Origin: Myxococcota bacterium
Lineage (GTDB): Bacteria; Myxococcota_A; UBA9160; UBA6930
Direction: 5' to 3'
Assembly (NCBI GenBank): GCA_965223705.1
Contig: OZ245015.1
Location: forward strand, 448,001 to 512,000
DNA length: 64,000 nt
Positions 9,736 to 21,238 of the stretch are shown here, one piece after another. The notes beneath the pieces were generated by a model. It ran no database searches. It had not been told where the DNA came from and was given only the letters and a program-made list of their open reading frames with translations. Position numbers and translations under genes: made by a program. Numbering within the stretch: the stretch's first letter is position 1; each line of letters opens with the position of its first letter.

Positions 9736-10620
9736 TTACCCGGCCAACACGGGTCCGCGCCGACTCCGCTTCGAGGGATACGGTCGTGGCTCTCCAAAGG
9801 GTTGGGTGTGGAAGCGACGGTGCATCCAAGTCCATTGGCCTGGAAACCGGCGCACCGCACGCTCGATCGTGGCGTTGATGAGGCCGAGGTTCGCGCGCAG
9901 GGCGCCCTCGGCGTCGTACTCGAGTTCGAGCGGGGGCGCGATGTGCACCCGATGGCGTTCCCCCGAATCGATCCGTTCGATGAACGCCGGCACGATCGGG
10001 GCTCCGGTTCGCATCGCGAGCTTTGCGGGAGCTTTGCGGGTACACGCGAGTCTTCCGAAGAACGGGATGAATTCACCCTCGTCCCGGTTGCAATTCTGGT
10101 CGAGCGGAAGGGCGAGGATTTTGCCACCGCGGATTGCTCGCAAGGCTCCTCGCGCGGCCTCGCCACGGGTGAGTAGCTCGACGCCCCACGCGCCGCGCAG
10201 CCGCTCGACGAAACGCTCGAGCAGCGGGTTCTCTCTGGCGCGGGCGACCACGGTCAGTTCGTAGCCGTGGGCATGCATCAGAGCCGCGAACATCTCCCAG
10301 TTTCCGAGGTGAGCGGTCATGGCGATGACGCCGCCCGGAGCAGAGGATTCGAGCGCGCGCTCGAGGTGCTCGAGCCCGATGATCTCGGTTCGCGCCCGGA
10401 GTTCGTCCGGCGTGGCACCTCCCAACGTCAGGAGCTCGACGGCGCTCCGGCCGAGATTCTCGCAGCTCTCCCTGAAGACTCGGAGGCGCTGCTCTTCGCT
10501 CCAGTCGGGGAACGCGATGCGCAGATTGCACAGCGCGATCTCCCGTCGGCGTGGCACGGCTCTACCCAGAGCGCGCCCGACGAACGCGCCACACGCCAGC
10601 GCCCTGCGATGGGGCAGCAA
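9736..10620 (-). CDS. Lipid A lauroyl/late acyltransferase (LpxL/HtrB family)
   Basis: AHLGNWE, LDQN, PFFG, PGQWTWMHRRF motifs. The frame extends to a CTG at 10680. Confidence 0.8.
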   Translation of the reverse strand: MLPHRRALACGAFVGRALGRAVPRRREIALCNLRIAFPDWSEEQRLRVFRESCENLGRSAVELLTLGGATPDELRARTEIIGLEHLERALESSAPGGVIAMTAHLGNWEMFAALMHAHGYELTVVARARENPLLERFVERLRGAWGVELLTRGEAARGALRAIRGGKILALPLDQNCNRDEGEFIPFFGRLACTRKAPAKLAMRTGAPIVPAFIERIDSGERHRVHIAPPLELEYDAEGALRANLGLINATIERAVRRFPGQWTWMHRRFHTQPFGEPRPYPSKRSRRGPVLAG

Positions 10621-10688
10621 GCGCAGGCCGCTCCCGACAAACCGCGCCAGGGAGTCGGCGATGGTGGCTTCTCGGCTCAGGAGCGGCC

Positions 10689-12644
10689 CTAATCCTCTTC
10701 TGATTCGCGAATCTTCGCGAGCACGCTGTAGTCCTCGAGGGTCGACGTATCGCCGGCGGTCTCCTTGCCGCCTGCGATATCCCGAAGCAAGCGCCGCATG
10801 ATCTTTCCGGAGCGCGTTTTCGGGAGCGCTTCGGTAAAGCGGATGTCCGCGGGTTTGGCGATCGGCCCGATCTCCTTCGCCACGTGGTCGCGCAAGGTCT
10901 TCGAAAGTGCGTCGTCGGCCTGGGTGTCACTCGTCGGTGTCACGAACGCGACGATCGCCGTCCCGGTGATTTCGTCCGGACGTCCGACCACCGCGGATTC
11001 CGCGACGTTCGGATGCGAGACTAATGCACTCTCGACTTCCATGGTTCCGATGCGATGACCGGAGATGTTCATCACGTCGTCGACCCGGCCCATGATCCAG
11101 AAATATCCCTGCTTGTCGCGGTGGGCTCCGTCGCCGGCGAAGTACGTGTTCTTGTACTGGCTCCAGTACGTTTCCTTGAAGCGCGCTTTGTCGCCCCAGA
11201 TGCCGCGCAACATTCCGGGCCAGGGCTTTTGCACGACCAAGAACCCGCCATCCGGCGGCTTGGCTTCTTTACCGGATTCGTCGTAGATCGCCGCGTCGAT
11301 GCCGGGGAAGGGCAAGGTGGCCGAGCCCGGCTTCGTGTCGACGGCGCCCGGCAGCGGCGTGATCATGATTCCGCCGGTTTCGGTCTGCCACCACGTGTCG
11401 ACGATGGGGCAGCGCTTGTTGCCGATCACGCGGTGGTACCACATCCACGCTTCCGGATTGATCGGTTCGCCGACGCTTCCCAAGAGGCGCAGGCTCGACA
11501 GATCGTGTTTCGCCGGCAGTTCATCACCGAGGCGGATGAAGGTCCGGATCGCCGTCGGCGCGGTATAGAAGATCGTGACACCCCAGCGTTCGATGATGTC
11601 CCACCAACGATCGGGCGCGGGGTGCGTCGGCACGCCTTCGTACATCACGGTCGTCGCGCCGTTCGAGAGAATTCCGTAGACGACGTAGGAATGCCCGGTG
11701 ATCCAGCCGATGTCCGCCGTACACCAATAGGTGTCGGAATCCTTCAGGTCGAAGATCGCTTTCGCAGTCGTCGTGACATGTGTCAGGTAGCCACCCGTCG
11801 TGTGAAGGATCCCTTTGGGTTTGCCCGTGGTTCCGCTCGTGTAGAGGATGAAGAGCGGGTGTTCGGCCGGCAATTTTGCCGGCGCACAGACGGGGCTGGC
11901 GCCTTCCATGAGGTCCGACCACCAGTGATCGCGGCCGCTTCGCATGGTGACGTCTTCGCCTGTGCGCTTGACGACCACCACGTTTTCGACCGTCGACGCG
12001 CCTTCGAGCGCTTCGTCGACGGCTGGCTTCAGGGGGAGGGGGGCGCCGCGTCGGTAGCCGCCGTCTGCGGTGACGACAACTTTTGCACCCGCGTCGTTGA
12101 GACGGTCGCGCAGAGCGTCGGCCGAGAAGCCTCCGAAGACGATGCTGTGCGGTGCGCCGATCCGCGTGCAGGCGAGCATACCGATGGCGAGCTCGGGCAC
12201 GAGCGGCATGTAGAAGGCCACCCGATCGCCGCGCTTGACACCGAGGTCCTTCAGCACGTTCGCGAACTTGCACACTTCGCGGTGCAACTGCCCGTAGGTC
12301 AGAACGCGCGTATCACCGGGCTCTCCCTCCCAGATGATCGCCGCTTTGTTGCGCCGCCACGCGTTCTCGCCTTCCAGGTGACGATCGAGGCAGTTGTAGG
12401 AGACGTTGATCTTCCCGTCGGCGAACCATTTCGCGAACGGCGCTTTCCACTCGAGACCCTTTTTCGGCTTTGTGAACCAGGACAGGTTCTCCCGAGCCAT
12501 GGTCTTCCAAAACCGCTCCGGGTTCTTGGCAGCCATCTTGCGGTATTCCGCGACCTGCTTCTTGGTCCAATTGGCCCGCTTGGCCAAGTCTCGGTTCGGC
12601 TTGAACGAGCGTTTTTCTTTGAGTAGCGACTCGATATCCGCCAC
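10689..12644 (-). CDS. acs: Acetyl-CoA synthetase
   Basis: [34 protein letters not shown] 12644 with GAGG SD. Confidence 0.95.
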   Translation of the reverse strand: MADIESLLKEKRSFKPNRDLAKRANWTKKQVAEYRKMAAKNPERFWKTMARENLSWFTKPKKGLEWKAPFAKWFADGKINVSYNCLDRHLEGENAWRRNKAAIIWEGEPGDTRVLTYGQLHREVCKFANVLKDLGVKRGDRVAFYMPLVPELAIGMLACTRIGAPHSIVFGGFSADALRDRLNDAGAKVVVTADGGYRRGAPLPLKPAVDEALEGASTVENVVVVKRTGEDVTMRSGRDHWWSDLMEGASPVCAPAKLPAEHPLFILYTSGTTGKPKGILHTTGGYLTHVTTTAKAIFDLKDSDTYWCTADIGWITGHSYVVYGILSNGATTVMYEGVPTHPAPDRWWDIIERWGVTIFYTAPTAIRTFIRLGDELPAKHDLSSLRLLGSVGEPINPEAWMWYHRVIGNKRCPIVDTWWQTETGGIMITPLPGAVDTKPGSATLPFPGIDAAIYDESGKEAKPPDGGFLVVQKPWPGMLRGIWGDKARFKETYWSQYKNTYFAGDGAHRDKQGYFWIMGRVDDVMNISGHRIGTMEVESALVSHPNVAESAVVGRPDEITGTAIVAFVTPTSDTQADDALSKTLRDHVAKEIGPIAKPADIRFTEALPKTRSGKIMRRLLRDIAGGKETAGDTSTLEDYSVLAKIRESEED

Positions 12645-12655
12645 GGCGCGATCCT

Positions 12656-13948
12656 CTATCCCCGGACCCAAGCTTCGACTTGGTCCGTTGCTTTCGGGAT
12701 GGCTTCGGTCAAATTCTCGATGCCATCTTTCGTGATCAGCACATCATCTTCGATGCGCACGCCGATGCCGCGAAACGAAGCGTCGGCTTCGTCGTCGTCA
12801 TCAGCGATGTAAAGACCGGGTTCGATGGTGAACACCATGCCCGGCTCGAGCGGGCGGGGTTCTCCGTGGTCGGTGTAGACACCGACGTCGTGCACGTCGA
12901 GCCCGAGCCAGTGGCTCGTGTTGTGCATGTAGTACCGGCGGTACGCTTCCCGCGCGATCAGCTCGTCGCGGTCTCCCTCGAGGAGCTTCAGTTCGAGCAT
13001 ACCTTCCGTGAGCGCGCGAACCGACGCGTCGTGTACGGAACGGAGGGTGGCCCCTGGCCCCGCGGCCTCGAGTGACGCTTGCTGCGCCGCGAGCACCACG
13101 TCGTACACCGCTTTCTTCGCGCCCTCGAAGCGCCCACCGATTGGGTACGTGCGCGTGACGTCTGATGCGTAGCCGTCGAGTTCGCAACCGGCGTCGATCA
13201 GCAGCAGCTCACCTTCGACGAGCGGCTGATCGTTTTCGATGTAGTGCAGAATCGTCGCGTTACGGCCGCCGCCGACGATGGATGTATAGGCGGGTCCCGT
13301 GGCGCCGCGGCGGCGAAACGCGTAGGCGAGGGCGGCCTCGAGTTCGTATTCGAAGCGGCCGGGTTGCGCGAGCCGAGCCGCTTCGGCGTGGGCTTCCTTT
13401 GTAATCGCGGCGGCGCGCCGCATAATGTCGAGCTCTTCCGGTTCCTTGAAAAGGCGCATTTCGTGAATACGCGATCGCGGGTCGACGATTTCCGAAGCGG
13501 GATTGCGCCCCGCGCGCGACCGCAGCCGCATTTCGTCGAGGCTCGAAACCAGGAGGTCGTCGATCGCGGCGTCGCGTCCCAGCACGTGATAGATGCGCGA
13601 GGCTCCGGCGATGAGCTCCGGGAGTTGTTTCGCGAGCTCGCTCCGGGGGTGCGCGGCATCGGCTCCGTAGTCCCGAACGGCGCCTTCGACGCCGGGCCGG
13701 TAGCCCGTCCAGGTTTCGGCCGCGCGATCCCGGGGTTCTACGAACAGCGTGTATTGCGGCGTGCCCCCGGGTCGTAACACCGCCGCCGCATTCGGGTGGT
13801 CGAAACCCGTCAGATAGTGAAAGTCGCTTCCCTGGCGGAACGGAAAATCGGTGTCGTTCGATCGCGGCACGAGCGACGCACCGAGGAGCAGCACCACGGA
13901 GTCTTCGGGAAGGCCCTCGAGAAAACGGTCGCGCCGAGCAGCGAACAT
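12656..13948 (-). CDS. pepP: Xaa-Pro aminopeptidase
   Basis: [46 protein letters not shown]. Confidence 0.9.
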   Translation of the reverse strand: MFAARRDRFLEGLPEDSVVLLLGASLVPRSNDTDFPFRQGSDFHYLTGFDHPNAAAVLRPGGTPQYTLFVEPRDRAAETWTGYRPGVEGAVRDYGADAAHPRSELAKQLPELIAGASRIYHVLGRDAAIDDLLVSSLDEMRLRSRAGRNPASEIVDPRSRIHEMRLFKEPEELDIMRRAAAITKEAHAEAARLAQPGRFEYELEAALAYAFRRRGATGPAYTSIVGGGRNATILHYIENDQPLVEGELLLIDAGCELDGYASDVTRTYPIGGRFEGAKKAVYDVVLAAQQASLEAAGPGATLRSVHDASVRALTEGMLELKLLEGDRDELIAREAYRRYYMHNTSHWLGLDVHDVGVYTDHGEPRPLEPGMVFTIEPGLYIADDDDEADASFRGIGVRIEDDVLITKDGIENLTEAIPKATDQVEAWVRG

Positions 13949-13979
13949 GGGGCGGAGGATAACAGAGGCCGTCGAGCGC

Positions 13980-14801
13980 TCAGCGCGGCGGACCGACGCA
14001 GCGGATCACCGTGGCGTCTCGGCACAACGTCGCGCACACGCGATCACCCACCGGTACGCCCGTATAGAAGAGACCTCCTCGCCCGTCACCCAGATGGCCC
14101 GTCTCGACGGCACCCCGACTTCCAAATCGGTGGTAGATGCCCGACCAGCGCTGGACGATGCCGTCGACGGCGCCGCCCGATCGCGTCAGCACGATGTCTT
14201 GGGCGAAGTCCACGGTTCGAGGGAAGCGCGCGTCGAGCAGAATATCGCGGAACGCGGTCTCGCCGGCTTCGCGAAAGCGGAGCCACAAGGCCTCGGAGGC
14301 GACGTCGACGATGGCGCCGACTCCGTCCTCGGCGAACGTCGCGAACTGGACCTCGCGATCGGTGATATGACGAAGGAGTTCCCCGGTTTCGTCGAGGACG
14401 AGAGCGTCGCGCGTTTTCGCTTCGCCCTCCGAACCGAGGCGATCCGCGATGACCCAGATCTCACGTCGCACGGGATCGTAGGCGACGCTCTTGGGAGCGA
14501 TCTGCAACGTGCCCGGTCCGGTCAGCGGGAACACCTTCGGGTTCTCGCCGTCCCTCCCGACGGAGAGCAGCCGGCTGTGGGCGTAGTCGGCAAAGAGAAG
14601 CGTTTCACCGGGGCCCGCGGCGAGCTCAGAGGTACCCGTCCCCAGGTGCTTCCAAACGGCACCGCCATGTCCGCTTCGAGAGACCCAGCCCGGTGAGCCG
14701 AAGAAGCGCGCGAAATAGATCCGCGAACCCAGGGCGAGCACGTCCCAAACTTCACCTTCACCGGGAACTTCGAGCGGCGATTCCGGGGTCTCCGTAGCCA
14801 A
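13980..14801 (-). CDS. Hypothetical beta-rich (propeller-like) protein, probably longer and frameshifted at the 5' end
   Basis: The frame stays open upstream to at least 14960. A lipoprotein-like signal lies in an adjacent frame near 15025. Confidence 0.55.
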   Translation of the reverse strand: MATETPESPLEVPGEGEVWDVLALGSRIYFARFFGSPGWVSRSGHGGAVWKHLGTGTSELAAGPGETLLFADYAHSRLLSVGRDGENPKVFPLTGPGTLQIAPKSVAYDPVRREIWVIADRLGSEGEAKTRDALVLDETGELLRHITDREVQFATFAEDGVGAIVDVASEALWLRFREAGETAFRDILLDARFPRTVDFAQDIVLTRSGGAVDGIVQRWSGIYHRFGSRGAVETGHLGDGRGGLFYTGVPVGDRVCATLCRDATVIRCVGPPR

Positions 14802-15021
14802 GTCGAACCGTCCGATCCGCGCACTCCCGGAGCCCGCGTGAAGCGGCGCGCGCGGTGGGGTCGCGGCGCGGTAGCGGGCCCAGAAGCGCGAGATCCCGAA
14901 ATAGAGCGTGTCGTCCTTTACGCTGCCGAACCAGGAGCAGGCCGCCGGGGTGCGCGGTGGGTGTCGGGTTCGCGTCCCGGTACACAGGCGCTCGCCAGGA
15001 GAAGGAGCGCGCCTGCGAGGA

Positions 15022-16209
15022 TCAGCCGGCCTTGGTGGCGTTTTCCTCGGCGAATAGCGCTACGACCTCGTTGCCGAAGTTCGCGCGAAACCAATGCTTG
15101 AGCTCCGGGATCTCGTCGAGGCGTTCGACGTCCTTGGGATGCGCGATCGCAATGGCCTCGAGTGAACTGTTCGGGCAGAGCACGCCCGGGTCCAGTCCGA
15201 GCTCCTTCGATCGATCGGTCCGCCACCGCTTGAGGGTTGCGACCCGGCGTTCCGCCCGGCGATCCATGCGTCGACGCGGCGTGGCGGACGTGGTCTTCGG
15301 GATCGGTCCGTGGGTCTTCTTTTCGCCGCGCTTCACCGCCGCGAGGATGTCGCGACCGAAGCGGCGGACGATGAGGTCCGTGATGCCCTTGATATCCGAC
15401 AACGTCTCCAGGCGGTCGGGCTTGGCCGCCGCGAGTTCGAGAAGCGTTCGATTGCCGAGCACCTTGAACGGCGGACGATCGAGGTCTCGGGCGCGTTTGT
15501 CGCGAACCCAATACAGCTCGCGCAACACCGCGAGCGCGTCGGAATCGAGTTTTCGCGCCCCCTTGATCTTCAAGTAGCCGAGCTTGTCGAATTCGCGCTC
15601 GGGCCACTCGCGCTGCGTCAACAACTTGAACTCTTCCTGTGCCCACTCGAGCCGCGACGCCTGTTCGAGCTCTCGCTCGAGCCTTTCGGCCAAGGGGATC
15701 AAGTACGCGACGTCGGCGGCGGCGTAGCCCAACTGCGATTCGCGCAGCGGGCGCATCGACCAGTCCGAGCGCTGCTCGTCCTTCGGGAGCCTCACATCGA
15801 AGTGGCGCTCTGCGAGGGCGGCGAGCCCGATCGCTCCGTAGCCCAGGAGCTGGGCCGAGATCATCGTGTCGAACAAGTTCGCGAAGTTGAATCGGCAGTC
15901 GCGCTTGAGGACGTACAGGTCGTACTCGGCCGCGTGAAAGATGGTCCGTACGCTCGGAGAATCAAAGACCGGGCCCAGCGGGGCCAGCATGTCGTGCCCC
16001 TCGTCGCGGAGGGGATCGAGCAGGTAGATCTGTTGGCGCGTCGCGATCTGCACCAGACAGGTCTTGTCGAAATAGTGGTAGAAGCTGTCCGCCTCCGTAT
16101 CGAAGGCGACGACGCTTTCTTGCAGCAGCTCCTGGGCGAGTGACTCCACGTCGGAGGCACGCTCGATGAGCTCGTAATCGGCCACTTCCCGCCTCACTGC
16201 GCTCTCCAC
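15022..16209 (-). CDS. rnd: Ribonuclease D
   Basis: AFDTEAD, HAAEYD, SDWSMRPL, YAAAD exonuclease motifs plus two HRDC-like domains. Confidence 0.9.
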   Translation of the reverse strand: MESAVRREVADYELIERASDVESLAQELLQESVVAFDTEADSFYHYFDKTCLVQIATRQQIYLLDPLRDEGHDMLAPLGPVFDSPSVRTIFHAAEYDLYVLKRDCRFNFANLFDTMISAQLLGYGAIGLAALAERHFDVRLPKDEQRSDWSMRPLRESQLGYAAADVAYLIPLAERLERELEQASRLEWAQEEFKLLTQREWPEREFDKLGYLKIKGARKLDSDALAVLRELYWVRDKRARDLDRPPFKVLGNRTLLELAAAKPDRLETLSDIKGITDLIVRRFGRDILAAVKRGEKKTHGPIPKTTSATPRRRMDRRAERRVATLKRWRTDRSKELGLDPGVLCPNSSLEAIAIAHPKDVERLDEIPELKHWFRANFGNEVVALFAEENATKAG

Positions 16210-16426
16210 CGCCCGGAGGAGGTGCGCGGCTTTAGGATTCCATCCTCGACCATAGTCGATTGATGGATTTTACCCTCACTTTCACTGGGGGCCGAACGAT
16301 CGCGGGAGACTGATCGCTGGAGGGGCGGAACGTAGCCGAGCGTTTCGGGCTCCGAAAGTTGCCATCCGCGCTTAGCTCCAGTTGTCGACGGCGCTTTTGG
16401 TACCGTCATAGCTACGAGGGGGTTTC

Positions 16427-18139
16427 GTGCGGTTTTCCCAATCCTTCATTCCCACCCTGCGGGACGATCCGGCGGACGCCGAGGCGGTCAGCCACAAACT
16501 ATTGGTTCGTGCGGGATACGTCCGCCAGCTCATGTCCGGGGTGTATTCGCTACTCCCATTGGGCCAGCGCGTCGCGGAAAAGGTCGAACGCGTGATCCGA
16601 GAGGAGATGGATCGGATCGGCGGGCAGGAATTCAAGCTCCCGGCGCTTCACCCCGCCGAGGTCTGGCAGAAATCCGGCCGCTGGGACGCCATCGGCGAAG
16701 AGCTCATGCGGTTTACCGATCGCCACGGCACGGATGTCTGCCTCGGGATGACCCACGAGGAAATCTTCGCGTGGATCGCGCGGGAGCTCCGGTCGTATCG
16801 CCAGCTGCCCCAGCTCTGGTACCAGCTCCAGACGAAGTTTCGCGACGAGGCGCGGCCGAAATCGGGCCTCCTCCGCGTGCGCGAGTTCGTAATGAAGGAT
16901 TCATACTCCTTCGACCTCGATCGCGACGGATTGGACCAGCAGTTCCAGAGACACTTCGAAGCCTATCGGCGGATCTTCGATCGCTGCGGCCTCGATCCGC
17001 TGGCCGTCGAGGCGTCGTCGGGCGCGATGGGCGGCAGCGAGTCCATTGAATTCATGGTGCCGAGTGACGCGGGTGAAGACTGGATCGCCTCGTGCGGTGC
17101 GTGCGGCTACGCCGCGAACGTCGAGCGCGCGACGTCGCTCTTGCCGCGCGTCGAGGACGAGGCCGGGCCCGACGCACCGGAGAAGTTCGCCACGCCGGGG
17201 ATGCGGAGCATCGAGGACATCGCCGGCTTTCCGGGGGGCGCCGAGGCGTCCCGCCAGATCAAAACCCTCGTCTATGTCCTCGACGACGTCCTTCATCTGG
17301 TGCTGCTGCGCGGTGACCATCCGCTGAACGAGCAGAAACTCGCCGACGGTCTCGGCGCGACGGCGTGTCGCCCAGCCCACGCGGGGGAAATCGGGGAAGC
17401 GCTCGGTGCGAGCCCCGGAAGTCTCGGCGCCGTCGGCGTCACGGGTGTTCCCATCGTGGCCGACTTGGCGCTCGAGAATCGCACCGACATGACGACGGGC
17501 GCGAACGAAGACGATTTCCACCTCCGCGGCGTGTCCGTCGCGCGGGACATCGCGGTCGATCGTTGGCTCGACGTGCGCGAAGTCGCGGAGGGCGAACCGT
17601 GCCCCGCCTGTGAGAATCCGCTCGCGGTCGAGAAGACCATCGAAGTGGGCCACATCTTCAAGCTCGGAACGAAATACAGCGAGTCGCTCGGCGCGAACGT
17701 TCTCGACGAAGCCGGGGAATCGCGCCCCATCATCATGGGCTCCTACGGAATTGGCGTCGGCCGTACGCTCGCCGCCGTCCTCGAGCGACATCACGACAAC
17801 GCGGGCATGATCTGGCCCGTGACGATCGCTCCGTACGAAGTGGTGGTGTCCGTCCTCAACCCGAAGGACGTGGAGACGAGTCAGGCGGGGGAGCGGGTCT
17901 ATGAAGCGCTACAGGAGCGTCGGATCGACGTCTTGCTCGACGACCGCGACGAACGCCCCGGAGTGAAGTTCAAGGACGCCGACTTGATCGGAATCCCCCA
18001 CCGCATCACTGTGGGACCGAAAGGGCTCGCGAACGGCAAAGTCGAATGGGCGCGCCGCGGACGCGAAGGTCGGCGGGATCTCGACATCAACAAGGCGGCC
18101 GATCACGTCGCCGAGGCCGTGTTGGAGGACCGTCGCTGA
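16427..18139 (+). CDS. proS: Proline--tRNA ligase (with editing domain)
   Basis: [60 protein letters not shown]. Confidence 0.97.
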   Translation: MRFSQSFIPTLRDDPADAEAVSHKLLVRAGYVRQLMSGVYSLLPLGQRVAEKVERVIREEMDRIGGQEFKLPALHPAEVWQKSGRWDAIGEELMRFTDRHGTDVCLGMTHEEIFAWIARELRSYRQLPQLWYQLQTKFRDEARPKSGLLRVREFVMKDSYSFDLDRDGLDQQFQRHFEAYRRIFDRCGLDPLAVEASSGAMGGSESIEFMVPSDAGEDWIASCGACGYAANVERATSLLPRVEDEAGPDAPEKFATPGMRSIEDIAGFPGGAEASRQIKTLVYVLDDVLHLVLLRGDHPLNEQKLADGLGATACRPAHAGEIGEALGASPGSLGAVGVTGVPIVADLALENRTDMTTGANEDDFHLRGVSVARDIAVDRWLDVREVAEGEPCPACENPLAVEKTIEVGHIFKLGTKYSESLGANVLDEAGESRPIIMGSYGIGVGRTLAAVLERHHDNAGMIWPVTIAPYEVVVSVLNPKDVETSQAGERVYEALQERRIDVLLDDRDERPGVKFKDADLIGIPHRITVGPKGLANGKVEWARRGREGRRDLDINKAADHVAEAVLEDRR

Positions 18140-18212
18140 TGCGTGCCCATGCCGTGTTGGAGGATCGTCGGTGATGCGTGCCCATGCCGTGTTGGAGGAT
18201 CGTCGGTGATGC
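18116..18212 (+). repeat. 35-bp tandem repeat (~2.8 copies) duplicating the proS 3' end, SD and TGATG
   Basis: Unit GCCGTGTTGGAGGATCGTCGGTGATGCGTGCCCAT at 18116 (2 mismatches), 18151 and 18186 (partial). Confidence 0.95.
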
Positions 18213-19264
18213 ATTTCGGAGTCGCGTTCGCCTCGAAGATTCGAGATTTCGAGCACGTCAAGCTCGCCGAACAGTTGGGTTACGACCACGCGTGGTTCTT
18301 CGATTCCCAGATGATCTACTCCGACGTGTACGCGACGATGGCCCTGGCGGCGCATCACACGTCGACGATTCGGTTGGGGACGGGGGTCGCGGTCCCCACG
18401 ACGCGCCTCGCTCCGACGGTCGCGCATTCGATCGCGACGATTCATGAGCTCGCACCGGGTCGGGTGGAGCTCGGCGTCGGTACCGGCAACACGGCGCGCC
18501 TGACGATGGGCTTCCGGCCGATCACCCTCGGCAAGATGAAGGAGGAGATCGCGATCATCCGCGCACTTCTCCGCGGAGAGGAAGCGACGCTCACCTTGGA
18601 CGGCGAATCGCATCCGATCAAACTCCTGCACCCGCGCGGCGGCTTCATCAACATCGAAACGCCGATCCCGATTTCGGTCTCGGCCTTCGGCCCCAAGACG
18701 CTCGCCTACTGCGGGGCGGAGACCGACGGCCACATTACCTGGGGCGTCAGTCCGGACGAGCTGCGCGAGAGCCGCAAGCTTCTCGCAGAGGCGGCGCAAG
18801 GAGCCGGTCGGGACCCCGCCGAGGTTCCGAGCAAAGGCATCTTCCCGCTCGCGGTGCTCGGCGACGGCGAAACCTCGGGGTCACAGAGAGTTCTCAACTC
18901 ACTCGAAAGCTTCATCACGAACTTCCTCCACGTCCAGGTAGAATGGGGCGAGGAATTGCTCAGTGCCGAAGGCCCGGTGGGGGAGTGGATTGCGCGCTAC
19001 CGAGAGCACGCACTGAAGCTCCCGAAAGATCGCGCGCACCTGACGCTGCACGAAGGCCACTTGGTCTACGCGCGCGAAGAGGAGCGCGAATTCATCGTGC
19101 CCGAGTTGGCCGAAGCGGTGGCCATGATCGGCGAACCCGACGCGCTCATCGAACGCATTCGCGCGCTCGAAGCCGCTGGCCTCAGCCACTTCTCATTCCA
19201 GGTCACCGACGACCCGAAACGGCAGATCGAGGATTTCGCGAGGGGCGTCATCGAGCGCTACTAG
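18209..19264 (+). CDS. LLM-class flavin/F420-dependent oxidoreductase
   Basis: AEQLGYDHAWFFDSQ, IRLGTGV, GRVELGVGTG, SAFGPK; ATG 18209 with GGAGG. Confidence 0.85.
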   Translation: MHFGVAFASKIRDFEHVKLAEQLGYDHAWFFDSQMIYSDVYATMALAAHHTSTIRLGTGVAVPTTRLAPTVAHSIATIHELAPGRVELGVGTGNTARLTMGFRPITLGKMKEEIAIIRALLRGEEATLTLDGESHPIKLLHPRGGFINIETPIPISVSAFGPKTLAYCGAETDGHITWGVSPDELRESRKLLAEAAQGAGRDPAEVPSKGIFPLAVLGDGETSGSQRVLNSLESFITNFLHVQVEWGEELLSAEGPVGEWIARYREHALKLPKDRAHLTLHEGHLVYAREEEREFIVPELAEAVAMIGEPDALIERIRALEAAGLSHFSFQVTDDPKRQIEDFARGVIERY

Positions 19265-20286
19265 AGCGTGTCGGGCGCGTTCCCTTCGAGCGGCTCTCCG
19301 AGCGCTTCCCGGGCGAGCTCGAGATTGCGGATTACACGCAACACACCTTCGCCTCGCACCGACAGAGCCTTCTCATAGGACGCGATCGCGAGACCGTAGT
19401 CGCCGCGAAGGTACTGGGCGTAGCCCAAGTTGTTGTGGGCTTCGGGCTCGGTCGCGATCTCTTGAAACACCTCGAGCGCTTCCTGGTCGTTGCCGGAAAG
19501 CGCGAGGGCGAGGCCCAGGTTGTTTCGCAGAGCGGGATCCCGCGGCTCGAGAACAATGGCGCGCTCGAGATGCGGAACCGCTCGCGCGGGCTCGCCGGAC
19601 AGCATGAACGAGACCGCGAGGTTGTTCGGAATCGAGTAGTCCGACGGACGTAGCTCCGCGGCGATCAAGTACGACTCCTGCGCGGCGCCGTGCTCGCCGG
19701 CGCGGTCGTAGATCACGCCGAGAATGCACCGCGGTGTCGCGGCGTTCGGGTCGAGCTCGATCGCTTGGAATAGCTCTTCTCGCGCCTCGTCGAGCTTGTC
19801 TTGCGCGAGAAACGCCAGCGCGAGACCCGAGTGAAGGCTCGATTGCCCGGGTCGACTCGAGATGAGCTCTTCGAGGATCATCTGCGCGCGCTCGGGTTCG
19901 CGACGAAGGTGAAGCAGCGCGACGCGCTCGACGGGCGCGATGTTGTTGTGATCCGCACGATAGGCCTGGAGATACGAGAAGAGAGCCGCGGCGAGTTCGC
20001 CGCTGTCGCGTTTCTGATCGCCCTCGGCCATGAGATTGACCGGGTCGGGCAGGGACTCGCGCTTCGCTTCTCGATCGCGGTCCGAGATCGCCTGCTGCTC
20101 CGCGCGCGCCTGGCGATACGACTCGATGGCCGCGGCGGCGCGATCACTCGAAGCGGTGGGCGCGTACGCCACAGGCGCGGTTTGGCAAGCCGAAAGGGTG
20201 GCGATAGCTCCGAGGGCGACAAACGAGCGCCACCGGGCAACCGATACAACGATCTTGGTCAGCAACATTCCCATTCCCCTAAACAA
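19261..20286 (-). CDS. tadD: TPR lipoprotein, TadD-like pilotin
   Basis: Lipobox LSAC, multiple TPRs (NNLAVS, NNLGL, HNNLGY); last gene of the tad operon. Confidence 0.7.
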   Translation of the reverse strand: MFRGMGMLLTKIVVSVARWRSFVALGAIATLSACQTAPVAYAPTASSDRAAAAIESYRQARAEQQAISDRDREAKRESLPDPVNLMAEGDQKRDSGELAAALFSYLQAYRADHNNIAPVERVALLHLRREPERAQMILEELISSRPGQSSLHSGLALAFLAQDKLDEAREELFQAIELDPNAATPRCILGVIYDRAGEHGAAQESYLIAAELRPSDYSIPNNLAVSFMLSGEPARAVPHLERAIVLEPRDPALRNNLGLALALSGNDQEALEVFQEIATEPEAHNNLGYAQYLRGDYGLAIASYEKALSVRGEGVLRVIRNLELAREALGEPLEGNAPDTL

Positions 20287-20308
20287 GCAGTTCCAAGCGC
20301 TTTTCGGA

Positions 20309-21229
20309 CTACTGTCCGGCGAGCGCAGAGATCAGCTTCAGAATCCCAGGTCCCGCGATGAAGATCAGCGTCGCGGGGAAAATCAATGCACCCGCCGGGA
20401 AGAGCATCTTGACCGGCGCTTTGGCGGCGGCTTCTTCGGCGATTTGGATGCGACGCTTGCGCATCCCGTCAGCGTGAACGCGCAAGGCGTCGGCGACGCT
20501 CGTCCCGAAGCGTTCGGTTTGGATCAGCATCGCCGTGAGCGAACTCACTTCGGACACGCCGGTTCGTTCGGCGAGGGCGCGCAGCGCGTCGACATTGGAC
20601 TTGCCGGCCTGGACTTCCAGGGACACCAACTCGAGTTCTTCGGCGAGTACCCGGCGCGAGGAGCCGAACTCGTTGGCGACGCGGGACAGTCCGGCCGTCA
20701 GGCCGAGACCCGACTCGACGCAGACCACCATCAAATCGAGCGCGTCCGGCAGCGCGTGCTCGATCTCGAGTTGTCGTCGGCGAACGCGGCGATCGAGAAG
20801 AAAGCTCGGGAGGACCAGGCCGCAGCCCGCTGCGAGCGCCATCGCGAACCCCGCGCGCGCCGGACTGAGGTCACCGTAGAAGGGCATGTTGGCGAGCAGA
20901 AGCGGTACGAGGACCGCCAGCGCCAGTCGAAGGCCGAAGTAGATCTGAACGGCGCCGGGCCGCCGGTAGCCCGCGTGGACCAGTCGTTTCCGCGCTTTCG
21001 ATGCGGAGGGGTCGTTCGGATCGGCGCGTTTACCGAGCCTCGCCAGGAAACGCGAGACGACGTTCGTTCGCTCCCTGAGAAGGAGGCTCGAATCGAGCGG
21101 CGCGCTGCCACCGAGTCGCCGAAGGCGCGCGAGTCGCGCGTTGACGGCGTCGGTTTTCGCCAGCAAAGAAATTCCCACGATGAGGAACGCCGCCGCGAGG
21201 AAACTCAAGATCGAGATGACGATGACCAT
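20309..21229 (-). CDS. tadC: Tad inner-membrane platform protein
   Basis: LPDALDLMVVCVESGLG, QTERFGTS, AEEAAAKAPVKM. Confidence 0.9.
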   Translation of the reverse strand: MVIVISILSFLAAAFLIVGISLLAKTDAVNARLARLRRLGGSAPLDSSLLLRERTNVVSRFLARLGKRADPNDPSASKARKRLVHAGYRRPGAVQIYFGLRLALAVLVPLLLANMPFYGDLSPARAGFAMALAAGCGLVLPSFLLDRRVRRRQLEIEHALPDALDLMVVCVESGLGLTAGLSRVANEFGSSRRVLAEELELVSLEVQAGKSNVDALRALAERTGVSEVSSLTAMLIQTERFGTSVADALRVHADGMRKRRIQIAEEAAAKAPVKMLFPAGALIFPATLIFIAGPGILKLISALAGQ

Positions 21230-21238
21230 GGCGAGCCT

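Noticed and set aside
16280..16410. T-box riboswitch before proS
   Set aside because: TGGTACCG is present, but no convincing stem I, Pro specifier or terminator; kept only as a weak finding.
18116..18212. CRISPR array
   Set aside because: Repeats are head-to-tail with no spacers, and there are no cas genes.
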